A model generated the notes under the pieces. The model was not told where the DNA came from. It made no database searches and saw only the letters and a list, made by a program, of their open reading frames with translations. Positions 36,817-46,520 of a stretch of DNA of 64,000 nt are shown here, in pieces (position 1 is the stretch's first letter; every line of letters starts with the position of its first letter). Origin of the DNA: Parcubacteria group bacterium (GTDB lineage Bacteria; Patescibacteriota; Minisyncoccia; Phycocordibacterales; 21-14-all-47-15); NCBI GenBank assembly GCA_016181845.1, contig JACOYO010000005.1:2845-66844 (forward strand), read 5' to 3'. The position numbers and the translations under genes were made by a program.

Positions 36817-36842
36817 TCCCCGAAGCATCGGGGATTTTGGAA
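36817..36842 (-). terminator. Stem-loop terminator downstream of murB
   Basis: aaaatccccgaagcatcggggatttt. Confidence 0.4.
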
Positions 36843-37149
36843 TGCCATCCGCAGAAAACGCGGATAATTGACGGCAAGGGCATTTATCGCTTTTTGCGAT
36901 GTGATGATTTCTTCTTTTTTGAAACTTTCTTTTTCTTAGAAACTTTTTTTGATGACTTCTTTTTCTTTTTCATAAAATATTTTATTTTTATTTTTAGTAA
37001 CAATATTGTCGACCGTTTTTCCAAAAAATATTTTTTTATTTTTTAGAAAAAACTTTACTATCTTCATTATCGTACAAATAAAAAACAAAAACAATACTTT
37101 TTTTCAAAACTGTGGATAACTTTTGCAAAAAAATATTTCAGAAAATGTT

Positions 37150-38193
37150 TCAGATTGTCGTTTGTGAAAAATCTCCGAGCGTTTGCACTTCAAATTCCAG
37201 CGTAATACCTGTTTCTTTTTTTACGCGCGTTTTAATTTTTTGCGCGAGGATAAACACATCTTGCGCGCGAGCACGACGATGATTAACCAGCACCAATGGC
37301 TGGCGGATATATATCGCCGCATCGCCGCAACGAAACTGTTTTTCGCCGCAAAAATTTCTGATGAGCCACGCCGCGGAAAGCTTGTCATGCGTTTCCGTGT
37401 GAGCATGGAGCGGCGCGCCGTAAAAAAGATGCTTGAAAATATGACTATGCGCTTTTTGCAATAAAGGATTCTTGAAAAACGAGCCGGCAGTTCCCGTCTC
37501 GCTCACATCGGGAAGTTTTTGTTTTCTAATGGCAATAATCGCTTCGCGCATGCGCGCTGGATTGGGCGCAACAATGCCTTTCGCCTCAAGATATGCTTCA
37601 ACTTCAGGATATCCTCTTTCCGGATGGCCATCGCGCGAAAGACGAAAAGCAATACGAAGCACGATAAGATTTTTATTATTCTCATTCTTAAACATGCTGT
37701 GCCGATATGAAAATCCGCATTCGTCGTTTGAAAGCCGCCGTACCGCTTTCGTGTCTGCGTCAAATACTTCAACCCATTCAATAACATCTTTCACTTCCTG
37801 CCCGTACGCGCCGATATTTTGTACCGGAGACGCGCCCACCGTGCCCGGAATAGCAGACAGATTTTCAATCCCATAGAGTCCTTTTGCAACGGTATCGGCG
37901 ACAAATGCATCCCATGATTCACCGGAATGCGCAATGACACGCGCGAAAGAACCGTCATCGGAATATTCTTTCCCGCGCAAACGCATTTTAATCACGAGCC
38001 CGGGAAGTCCATTGTCTGCTATAAGAACATTTGAACCGCCGCCTAAAATAAAAAAAGGCGCAGATTTTGTTTCCGCGAATGCCAACGCCTCTGCTAATTC
38101 AGCTTCATTTGAAGCCTCGCAAAAATATCGCGCCGGTCCGCCGATGCGAAAAGTGGTGTGTTTGGCGAGCGGCTCTTGTTCCAAAATACGCAT
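37150..38193 (-). CDS. murB: UDP-N-acetylenolpyruvoylglucosamine reductase
   Basis: FAD-binding N-terminus TTFRIGGPA...ILGGGSNVL and the C-terminal MurB domain. Confidence 0.85.
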   Translation of the reverse strand: MRILEQEPLAKHTTFRIGGPARYFCEASNEAELAEALAFAETKSAPFFILGGGSNVLIADNGLPGLVIKMRLRGKEYSDDGSFARVIAHSGESWDAFVADTVAKGLYGIENLSAIPGTVGASPVQNIGAYGQEVKDVIEWVEVFDADTKAVRRLSNDECGFSYRHSMFKNENNKNLIVLRIAFRLSRDGHPERGYPEVEAYLEAKGIVAPNPARMREAIIAIRKQKLPDVSETGTAGSFFKNPLLQKAHSHIFKHLFYGAPLHAHTETHDKLSAAWLIRNFCGEKQFRCGDAAIYIRQPLVLVNHRRARAQDVFILAQKIKTRVKKETGITLEFEVQTLGDFSQTTI

Positions 38194-38370
38194 ATCTTAT
38201 TATCTATACAAATGTGGTCAGCCGGAGCGAGCTCCAAAGCAAATATCTATGTGAGTGCGCGGCTGACCGCATTTACATACAAAACATATCTTCAGTATAG
38301 CATCATGCTCATACAGCGCAATCACTTGGAGGCTTCGCCTCCAAGTCTTCTAAGTGACGCCAAAAAACGT

Positions 38371-38395
38371 AAAACCCCGCACTTGGCGGGGTTTT
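38371..38395 (-). terminator. Rho-independent terminator downstream of the TPR membrane protein gene
   Basis: aaaaccccgcacttggcggggtttt. Confidence 0.55.
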
Positions 38396-38514
38396 ACGCA
38401 GATATTGCTCGAGAAATGTCTCCAATGAAGGACACACTCACATTTCAAAGATAGCAGACGGCATGCAAAAAGTCAAGAAATTTATCCACAACCGTAGAGC
38501 GAATGTCCGTCTGA

Positions 38515-40707
38515 TTATGGATTCCGTCCAGCCCGAATTTCATTGATAAAATATTCCCCCTTGTCCTTAAATTGCGGATTGATGATTATAACTTTTTGTA
38601 TTTCATTGATGGCTTGCTGGCGTTCTCCAATTTGCAAGTAGCTCGCGCCGAGAGAGAGGTGATACTGCGGATTATTCGGGTCTTTCTCAAGACGCAATTT
38701 CCATATCGCGATAACTTTGTCGTATTGCCCTGTCGCCGCATACGCGCCTATTAATCGGTCATCGTCAATAATCATTGTGCCATATACAGATACGAGCAGT
38801 TCTTTCGCCAAATCATTCTGCCCCGCATAAAGAGCCGCCATCGCGTACACCACCAGCGCGCGGTCATACGTTTGGTCAAATTCAAACGCTGTTTTTAATG
38901 TTGCAAGCGATTTATCGTATTCTTTTTTGTTTAAATATGAAGTTGCGAGTTCAAAATACATCGCTTGTTTTTTCGGAGAAAGCTCAATGGCGCGTAGAGC
39001 ATACGGAATCGCGGCGTCAAAATTGCCGGTGCGGTTAAGAAATGACGCCATAAAGATTTGGTATCGGGCATCGTTTGGCATTTGTTTGATTTGTTTTTGC
39101 ATCTCATCTCCGCCGAGCGCGGCAAATTGTTGTTTCAAATCGGGAGAAACATTGATGTCGGCGGCTTGCGAAGCGGCTTGCAATAGTTGTTCCCGTGTTT
39201 CAGAAGTGCCAAAGGTCTCGTAAGAGAGCGCTTTTTTATAAAATTCCAAATTCTTTTCGGGTCCTTCTTGGTGCGGCGCAAGCGCTTGCAAGAGTGATTG
39301 CGCGGTCAATATGCCTTTGATGTTTACAACATACAGCACCGACACAAGCGCAATAAGCACGATAGGTCCGAAGATGAGACCGGCATGTTTATTTGTCATT
39401 TCCTCACCATTATTATTCACAAAAGCGTTTGCTTTTGCTGTTTCAACAGCCATCGCGTGCATGTAGGCGAGCATTGAGAAAAAAAGAATATAACTGATGA
39501 GATTATCAAACACAAATACATTGTGGAAAAAATAACCCGCCAAAAGCCCCGTGAGAATACTTTTATCAACGAGAGAAAAATGATTGTCTGAACTCTTTCG
39601 CCAAAGATAATAAAGAATTGCGCCAAAAAGCGAGAGGTATGATAAAAGACCCAAAAGACCGCCGGCAATAAGCCAGTCAAAAAAGATATTGTGGGAACGG
39701 TCAAACCACGGCTCCTGCCTCCAAAGACGCGGTTCAAAATATTTGTTGAATACTAAATTATAATTTTCCTGACCCCAGCCGAGAATCGGGTGCTCTTTGA
39801 ACCCTTGTATACTCATGCCCCAAATAATAAAACGAGATTGGGTAGTGACTTCACTCGGAGAAATATTGGCAAAACGGGAAAGCACCGGGCTTGTTTTTAC
39901 AAATTCTGTATTTCTAGCCGCTAAAAACGCGCCTGCCAGCGCCAAAATTCCGATGAAAACTCCTGCGGTAATTTTCCGCGCGCGCGGATATTCTTTTCCA
40001 AAAACCATTACGAGAAAAGCCGCGAGCAACGCCCCGCCGATAAGACCCAAAATAGTGCCACGAGTCGCCGTATAATACAAAACGACAAGCTCCGCTGTCA
40101 TGAGCGCTCCGTAAATCCATTTCACCCATTGCGCGCCACGATGTCTGAACAAAAGAAACGCGAGAATAAAAATATGAAAGAGCATGTATACGGCCAAGTA
40201 CGTTGGATTGCCAAGTGTCGCATCCAAACGGCTCCCCTGATGGAGAGAGAGCGTTCGTACCAATTGCACGATGCTATAGATGCTCACTATAGCGCTAGCG
40301 CCGATAGATGTATTCGCAAACCACCACCATAATCTTTGCGTATTAAGAACGGTCCCTGCCACGAGTACATACGCGCCCAAGTGCCAAATGGTGATGAGCC
40401 CCTCCATCCGTTCAAAATTGCTCCAAAAACTTTTATATATATTTTCGCCCAAAAAATCTGCGAGCGTGATAATGCCGACAAACGCTGATACTGCCGCAAA
40501 CACCCATGAAAACCTCGGGCGATGCGACGAATCGCGATACGCCAGTATAAGCCATAGCGCAAAAACGATTTCAATGATAATCCGAAATGCAAAATTTTTT
40601 CCGGTTATAAACGGAAAAAACATTGACGGCACGACGATAAGCGGTATAAAAGGAACCAAAAAGATGCCTCCAATAATAATCCGCCGCAAGATAGTGTTTA
40701 TATTCAT
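38515..40707 (-). CDS. Polytopic membrane protein (~12 TM, O-antigen-ligase/Wzy-like?) with C-terminal TPR repeats
   Basis: Many predicted TM helices in the N-terminal 450 aa, then tandem TPR-like repeats (AIELSPKKQAMYFELATSYLNKKEYDKSL...). The Wzy-like assignment is a guess. Confidence 0.45.
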   Translation of the reverse strand: MNINTILRRIIIGGIFLVPFIPLIVVPSMFFPFITGKNFAFRIIIEIVFALWLILAYRDSSHRPRFSWVFAAVSAFVGIITLADFLGENIYKSFWSNFERMEGLITIWHLGAYVLVAGTVLNTQRLWWWFANTSIGASAIVSIYSIVQLVRTLSLHQGSRLDATLGNPTYLAVYMLFHIFILAFLLFRHRGAQWVKWIYGALMTAELVVLYYTATRGTILGLIGGALLAAFLVMVFGKEYPRARKITAGVFIGILALAGAFLAARNTEFVKTSPVLSRFANISPSEVTTQSRFIIWGMSIQGFKEHPILGWGQENYNLVFNKYFEPRLWRQEPWFDRSHNIFFDWLIAGGLLGLLSYLSLFGAILYYLWRKSSDNHFSLVDKSILTGLLAGYFFHNVFVFDNLISYILFFSMLAYMHAMAVETAKANAFVNNNGEEMTNKHAGLIFGPIVLIALVSVLYVVNIKGILTAQSLLQALAPHQEGPEKNLEFYKKALSYETFGTSETREQLLQAASQAADINVSPDLKQQFAALGGDEMQKQIKQMPNDARYQIFMASFLNRTGNFDAAIPYALRAIELSPKKQAMYFELATSYLNKKEYDKSLATLKTAFEFDQTYDRALVVYAMAALYAGQNDLAKELLVSVYGTMIIDDDRLIGAYAATGQYDKVIAIWKLRLEKDPNNPQYHLSLGASYLQIGERQQAINEIQKVIIINPQFKDKGEYFINEIRAGRNP

Positions 40708-41039
40708 AGCATTTAGTCTATCGTAAAACGCGCCCGGCTACAAGCAAGGCGCGTTTTTTAACAAAATCAAAAACGGAGCAGACGGCGCGGTGGGTTGGCA
40801 ATAATATCAACCACACCGCAAAACAAAAGAAGTACGATCAACCCCAAAAAGATAAGAAAAAGATTGTATCGAATCACCCACCAATAGTTACTGAAACGAG
40901 ACATAATTTCTCCTTTCCAAAGGATAGCGTGTTCATACTTTCTCTATATCAAAGTATAGTAAAAAAACCGCAGTTTGGATACCTCATAATATGCTACCAC
41001 AGATTAGAAGGGCTCTTTATCGCCGTATTGTTTGAATGA

Positions 41040-41096
41040 TTTACAAAGGTTCCTCCTTCGTGAGTTATCCACAACGAAGGAGGAACCTTTGTAAAA
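41040..41096. repeat. REP2-family composite palindrome: an inverted pair of the 16-nt core flanking a DnaA-box-containing spacer
   Basis: tttacaaaggttcctccttcgtgagTTATCCACAacgaaggaggaacctttgtaaaa. Confidence 0.75.
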
Positions 41097-41119
41097 CTCT
41101 TAAAAATCAATCGCCACAA

Positions 41120-44100
41120 TCACCAAAGATTCGCGGGACTGGTAGTGGCAACATTATTATTTCCAAAAGTAATATTGGAAACTGAAATGGAATAATTGTT
41201 TGTCGTCGCCGTGTCCGCAGAAACTGCGAGCGTGTTGTCTGAAAAAATAACATCCGAAAGAATAATTGGCGAATTGAGATACGATAGCGCCGTTTTCATA
41301 AACTTAAAGACCGCGCCGGAAATATTTGAAGTACTGCCCGATTGCAATACCGTGCTTTGAATAATGCCCGTGGCGCCAGTGCTCGCGCCGTCGTTTGACG
41401 CATCGTTTCCATTCGAGTCGTCGTAAACTGAAGTAAAAGTAACAGGATGTTCCGCGGTGCTTTGGATAGACAAATGACCATTAACCAAAAGCCGCTCGTC
41501 TTTGAATTTTACGATCACATCCGGGTCAATCGCAAGAGTTGAACTTGCAAGAATAGTTACCGTGCCTGATTGTTTTATCAAATACGGCAGCGTATTTTGT
41601 TTTAGCGTCGTTGTCGCGTTTGTTTTGGTGATAGCGCTGGCGAGCGCGATGCCATTCCATGCGTTTCCAGACCCGCTATTGCCTGAAAAATAGCCGTCAC
41701 CGATAACGCCGCTCGCGTAAATTGCTTCAGACGTGCTCGACGCAATAGTATTTGATGAGACTCGCGCTTCAGACGCAACCATATAAATACCGATAACATT
41801 ATCGGAAAATTGATTGTTTTCTATCGTCGGCGCGCCGCCGGTGCTCATCACGCCTCCCATCCAAAAACCGGAACCGTTATGCTGAAATACTGAATTGGAA
41901 ATAGTGGAACTTGCGGAGAAAAGCCGCAGACCGTGCATGCCTCCATACTCAAAAGTAGAGTGATTAATTGATGGCGAGGTATTTGCCAAATATAGATTGG
42001 CGGACGGCTGTCCTTGTCCGTCATAATATTTTCCACCATAACGAAACAGCGCGTAATCAAACACCGACGCATCGGAGCCCAACGCAAGCTCCACGCCATA
42101 CCAATCTCTTTTGGCGGGAGCGGTTACGCTGCCGTCTTGATTGGTATCGCCACCATAAGCATCATCAAGAAAACTGGTGAAAATTATTTTGTCGCTTTCC
42201 GTGCCTTGCGCATTCAATGTGCCCGACACGGCAAGACGGGCATTGTTATAAAATTTAATGATGGCGCCGGGTTCAAGCGTGAGTGTCTTACCCGACTGCA
42301 CAGTAATCGTGTCGTTATTTACCACATACGGACTTTTTGTTTTTTCAATAGTCATATTTTCTGTAATTGTCGGGTTGCCTTTGTTGAGCATGCGCGAAAA
42401 ACTATTGTATGCTTTTGGAGTTCCGTTGAGCACACTGCCGTTTGTATCATATCCGTTACGGATAATGACCTGGTTCCGTCCCCAATTTGTCCAGTCGGTG
42501 CCAGCTACATTCACATCAAAACGTTCCATTGAACGAAAATCTGGACTGCCGCTTCCTTTTGCGCACCAAACATAGCAATACGAAATCTCATCTATTGTCG
42601 TTGTCGCACTGCTTCCGCTTTTTCGCGCGAGAATAAGATTTTCGCCATCATTACTCAAGCCATCTCCAAAACTTGTCCATAAGTCGGCGGTGATATCTTT
42701 CACAGGTGACTGCGTTGCCTCGTCAGTTTCTCCTGTATTTTTTCTTTCAATCAGATAATAGCCGCCGGCTGGAATGGAGCCGCTCAAAGAAATATACGGA
42801 GAGCCGTCTGCCGTGTAAATTATAAACTCTGAAAGATTCACGGTGCTTGCCGTTTTGTTGTACAGTTCTATCCATTCATCAGCTGTGGATGCGTTTGTCC
42901 CGCCCCACGCCACTTCATTTATCACCACAGGCGAGGTGCTTATTTCCGCAGTAATAGTTGTTGTTGCTGAAGCGTTGCCTGATGTATCAATCGCCGCAAT
43001 CGCAAAAGAATAAGTTGTGTTGTTTGTTGCCGAAGCTGATGTTGAAGTCGCGGTCGTCGTGCTCACGGCGCCGTTTTTATTGATGACAAAGTGGCTGAAA
43101 TCATTCGCTTCAGAAGATAACCACGAAATAGAGAGCGTTGTTGTCGCGACGAGACAGCCGCTTGAAGCAAGCGAGCTTGCGCATTCTGCAATTGCGGGCG
43201 CGGGTGATTGCGGCGCGATTGAATCTATAAAAAATGTCGTGCTTGTGGCGGCAGAAATATTGCCCGCGCCGTCGGTGGCAAAAAATTGCGCTGTCGTCGT
43301 GCCTTGATTAAAAGTAAGCGCAAGAGACCATTCACCTGATTGGCTGACAGTGGTTGTCGCCGATGATACATCAGAGTTTATGACACTTCCCGATTCGGCA
43401 GTCCCGCTAAAGATTATTGATGGGCTCGTAAAGGTTCGCAAAAAATCCGCCGGAGCGGTGATCGCGGGGGCGGATGGCGGGATGGTGTCTGTTGCTGTTT
43501 GTGCATTCGCCGAAGATGTGGTTTGTGTTGTTGCATCTCCTCCTCCGCCGAAGCCTGGTGTGACAATTATCGGAAGTGATACGCCGGGAACAGTTTTGTT
43601 TGCGGAAGCATTTTCAGTGTTAAGCACTGCATCCGGTGAACCGCCGACATATGCTTCATCAGAATTTTGGTTTTGATTGGTTTGTTCTTCGGTGCGCAAA
43701 TTTGTGTTTTTCAGAGAAAAATCGGCAAGTGCAAAAGCAAGCGCTTGTGTTTCTTTTTCTGCCATCGCTACTTTTTGCTCAAGCGCGAGAAGCTCTTTGA
43801 CAGGCGACACGACATCACTAACATCACTAGATGACAGAAGCACAGGTTGTTCTTTTGTGAGCGGTAAATCAAGCACTTCAGCCACCGCGCTTGATTGCTC
43901 TTTTGGTGATGTGTTAAAGACGCTCGCGAGAGTGTTGGCGACTGAAAATATTCCTTGCGCAAGAGTGCTTCCCGCTTGATGCGCTCCTTTTGCAACAGCA
44001 ACAACAGTGCTTATACTTTTGCTTGCAACAGGGTCAGCAACGGCAAATATCGCGCCTTCTATTTTGTGTACGCGGGTCAGCTTGGGCGCTACGATACAGG

Positions 44101-44845
44101 GCATATTTTCGTCTATTCTATCATTGCTTTTTAATGCATCTAACGAAGCCGCTATATCAGAAACAACCTGACCGCCACGATATTTCAGATATACTTTCGC
44201 GAAATCATGCCCAGTAATATCATCGTCGGATTTTAATTTAATGTGAGTATTCGGCGGCATAATGCTTTTGAATGGAACATGCCCGACAACGCCGGCAATC
44301 ACTTTATCCGTATCGGACGTGAGCCATTTTCCGCCGCCGGCAACACTGCTTGCCGGAGTCGCAACACTGTAAACACCCATTGATTCTTTTGAGACGCCAG
44401 CTTCTTGCTCCGCGACGGTATCATAAAAACTATTGGCATAAAAATTGCCCTGTGAATGGGCAACGAGAAGGAGTTTTTGAGTACGAACTTTTTCACTTGC
44501 TGATTTAAGCATTTCCACGAGGTCATAGTCTGTCACTGTCTCCTGGTCAAACAACCCCTGTTCTATGGATTTTATAACGTCGCCGATACCGCCGAGGTGC
44601 GGTGGGTTGAGGAGAAAGTCAATAATCAATTTTTCTCCTTTGTAGGTATTCTTAAAATAATATTTTAAAGCATCTCTGTTTGAAATAGCTGCGTTTTCAT
44701 CAGTAAAGACACCATTAATTGTATTGATTGTATAACCCTCAGAAGAACAAGCTTCGCCAGACGTTTGAGCGAAAACTGTAAATGGAGAGAAGCTAACGAA
44801 AAAAGCAACTGCAATTATTTTAAATTTTATTGAAAAATGGTTCAT
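41120..44845 (-). CDS. Giant secreted protein (1241 aa): N-terminal esterase/lipase-like region (AHSQG), central lamin-tail domain, C-terminal parallel beta-helix-like repeats
   Basis: Signal peptide; GxSxG-like LVAHSQGN; the LTD signature VVINEVAWGG..ADEWIELYN...LSGSIPAGGYYLI; T/S/N-rich repeats. Confidence 0.5.
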   Translation of the reverse strand: MNHFSIKFKIIAVAFFVSFSPFTVFAQTSGEACSSEGYTINTINGVFTDENAAISNRDALKYYFKNTYKGEKLIIDFLLNPPHLGGIGDVIKSIEQGLFDQETVTDYDLVEMLKSASEKVRTQKLLLVAHSQGNFYANSFYDTVAEQEAGVSKESMGVYSVATPASSVAGGGKWLTSDTDKVIAGVVGHVPFKSIMPPNTHIKLKSDDDITGHDFAKVYLKYRGGQVVSDIAASLDALKSNDRIDENMPCIVAPKLTRVHKIEGAIFAVADPVASKSISTVVAVAKGAHQAGSTLAQGIFSVANTLASVFNTSPKEQSSAVAEVLDLPLTKEQPVLLSSSDVSDVVSPVKELLALEQKVAMAEKETQALAFALADFSLKNTNLRTEEQTNQNQNSDEAYVGGSPDAVLNTENASANKTVPGVSLPIIVTPGFGGGGDATTQTTSSANAQTATDTIPPSAPAITAPADFLRTFTSPSIIFSGTAESGSVINSDVSSATTTVSQSGEWSLALTFNQGTTTAQFFATDGAGNISAATSTTFFIDSIAPQSPAPAIAECASSLASSGCLVATTTLSISWLSSEANDFSHFVINKNGAVSTTTATSTSASATNNTTYSFAIAAIDTSGNASATTTITAEISTSPVVINEVAWGGTNASTADEWIELYNKTASTVNLSEFIIYTADGSPYISLSGSIPAGGYYLIERKNTGETDEATQSPVKDITADLWTSFGDGLSNDGENLILARKSGSSATTTIDEISYCYVWCAKGSGSPDFRSMERFDVNVAGTDWTNWGRNQVIIRNGYDTNGSVLNGTPKAYNSFSRMLNKGNPTITENMTIEKTKSPYVVNNDTITVQSGKTLTLEPGAIIKFYNNARLAVSGTLNAQGTESDKIIFTSFLDDAYGGDTNQDGSVTAPAKRDWYGVELALGSDASVFDYALFRYGGKYYDGQGQPSANLYLANTSPSINHSTFEYGGMHGLRLFSASSTISNSVFQHNGSGFWMGGVMSTGGAPTIENNQFSDNVIGIYMVASEARVSSNTIASSTSEAIYASGVIGDGYFSGNSGSGNAWNGIALASAITKTNATTTLKQNTLPYLIKQSGTVTILASSTLAIDPDVIVKFKDERLLVNGHLSIQSTAEHPVTFTSVYDDSNGNDASNDGASTGATGIIQSTVLQSGSTSNISGAVFKFMKTALSYLNSPIILSDVIFSDNTLAVSADTATTNNYSISVSNITFGNNNVATTSPANLW

Positions 44846-44851
44846 AAAATC

Positions 44852-45457
44852 CTAATTTGGTAATGCAAAAAGATTAATATCGCATATCTCATTTTCTGAT
44901 TCACTATAACTACCTACATACTGAACAAAATCTTTTCTGGCATTTTGTCGGTCCAGTGTATTTCTTTGCTTATTTTCTACAAACCCATGCAACTTATCTC
45001 CAATTTCAAGAAATTTTTTTATATCATCTCGTGAAGTTATTTCCCCAACGCAATAATGTGCCCTGCTCTGCTCTCTCACAACTTCAGTCACCGTCTCCGT
45101 ATTCACAATCGGCTGTATCACCTCCATCTGCAATGCCAGCGCATACTGAAGCAAAACCGCCCGTGTCTTTGCCGAGTTCGGATATTCTTTAAAAATCTCC
45201 AGCTCAACATCATCACGGATCCCGTTTTGATTCGCGTCAACGCCGGCAATAGTTTTATCCGCATCTGCCCCTGGGTCAGGCGGCAAATTCTTCCCCATCA
45301 CATCATCAAGCGTAAGTTTTGTCGCGTGAATTTTTGCGACTTGTTCTTCCGTCTTTTGCAGATTGTAAAAATAAAACATGCGCACAATGACCAACAAGGC
45401 GTAAGCACTGGCAATGACCGCAAGAATAATCAATAGTATCTTTTTTGTTTTTGACAT
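44852..45457 (-). CDS. Hypothetical membrane-anchored protein
   Basis: N-terminal TM (ILLIILAVIASAYALLVIV), then a soluble domain. Confidence 0.35.
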   Translation of the reverse strand: MSKTKKILLIILAVIASAYALLVIVRMFYFYNLQKTEEQVAKIHATKLTLDDVMGKNLPPDPGADADKTIAGVDANQNGIRDDVELEIFKEYPNSAKTRAVLLQYALALQMEVIQPIVNTETVTEVVREQSRAHYCVGEITSRDDIKKFLEIGDKLHGFVENKQRNTLDRQNARKDFVQYVGSYSESENEICDINLFALPN

Positions 45458-45660
45458 AGTATGAACCGCGATTATCTTGCTTGCTCAACCACCGGAGTAG
45501 CCGGTGTTGACGTATCTTGCACTCCCAAAAAGAAAACGGCGACCACGCCTATAGCGATAATCGCAAGAAACCCGAGTACGAATTTTATAAACGTAGAATT
45601 AAAAAATTTCATATAATACCAATCAGCTAATCAATCTAAACAGTTTACCACAAACCAAAA

Positions 45661-45740
45661 TTACAAAAGTTTACAAAGGTTCCTCCTTCGTTGTGGATAA
45701 CTTGTTATATTTACAAAGGTTCCTCCTTTGTAAATATAAC
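45661..45740. repeat. REP2-family composite element (two direct copies of the core flanking a DnaA box); it overlaps the last 8 codons and stop of the second RAYT-like gene
   Basis: ttacaaaagtttacaaaggttcctccttcgttgTGGATAActtgttatatttacaaaggttcctcctttgtaaatat. Confidence 0.75.
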
Positions 45741-46394
45741 GTTGGTATTGAATTCAGATATTAAATTGCCAATGTCATTTAACGTCTTGAAGTGTTCCGG
45801 GAAAGAATCTTTGTTTAAAATAGAACTTTCCGGTCTATTTTTTACAAAATAATCACCATAACTAGAGTAGTGATAATTAGACAAAAAAGACTTTGTTTTT
45901 GCCAGGTTGGCGATGCCCATCTCTTTCCAATCGGGATTAGCAATCTTTATCGGATTTAGATGAATATATGAAAAAAGCCAATTAAAATACGGCTCATTAT
46001 CAACATATTTTGCTTTGAAAGACCCCTCAAAAAGCGTGCCGGTTCTATCATGCTTCCGATTAAAATACATAGAGTACGCCGTGGCAATCTTTTTCATAAA
46101 AGTACTAATGCCCAAATGCTGTTTTTCATAAATAAGTATATGAAAATGGTTTGGCATAAGGCAATATGCCCCAATATCAACAAGTGTTGATATTTTTTCT
46201 GTGGTAAACAAATTTACGAAGGAGGAACCTTTGTTAAAATAATCCCTCATATCAACCGCTTCAGAATTGTTACATAAATACAAAAGAGCTAAAAAGCGCC
46301 TATAATCATGCTCGTCTTCGAAAATAATTCTTTTATCAGTACCTCTATTGTAAAGATGGTAATAATTACCGAGCGTAAATGATATTTGTCTCAT
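45711..46394 (-). CDS. Second IS200/IS605-family HuH (Y1) transposase, RAYT-like, cognate to REP2, with an in-frame REP2 core inside the CDS
   Basis: HuH motif CLMPNHFHILIYEKQ and the downstream GTLFEGSFKAKYV..YFNWLFSYIHLNP block, collinear with the first RAYT (16388..17098). The start is at 46392-46394. The C-terminal ...TKEEPL* is encoded by a REP2 palindrome. Confidence 0.65.
   Translation of the reverse strand: MRQISFTLGNYYHLYNRGTDKRIIFEDEHDYRRFLALLYLCNNSEAVDMRDYFNKGSSFVNLFTTEKISTLVDIGAYCLMPNHFHILIYEKQHLGISTFMKKIATAYSMYFNRKHDRTGTLFEGSFKAKYVDNEPYFNWLFSYIHLNPIKIANPDWKEMGIANLAKTKSFLSNYHYSSYGDYFVKNRPESSILNKDSFPEHFKTLNDIGNLISEFNTNVIFTKEEPL
46212..46236. repeat. REP2 core copy embedded in frame in the RAYT2 CDS (it encodes FNKGSSFVNL)
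   Basis: atttacgaaggaggaacctttgtta. Confidence 0.75.
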
Positions 46395-46430
46395 TGGTGA
46401 TATTATTGTTATGCTTAATTTATCGTTATT

Positions 46431-46510
46431 TTTACAAAGGAGGAACCTTTGTAAGTTATTCACATATTATCCACAACGAATGAGGAACCTTTGTAAAGAC
46501 TTTGTAAAAA
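46431..46510. repeat. REP2-family composite element between RAYT2 and the TPR gene
   Basis: tttacaaaggaggaacctttgtaagttattcacataTTATCCACAacgaatgaggaacctttgtaaagactttgtaaaaa. Confidence 0.75.
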
Positions 46511-46520
46511 GCCTCATAAA

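Noticed and set aside
36711-37046. ORF encoding an F-rich 111-aa peptide
   Set aside because: It lies in a low-complexity AT-rich intergenic region, with poly-T tracts translated as Phe runs. It is not a plausible protein.
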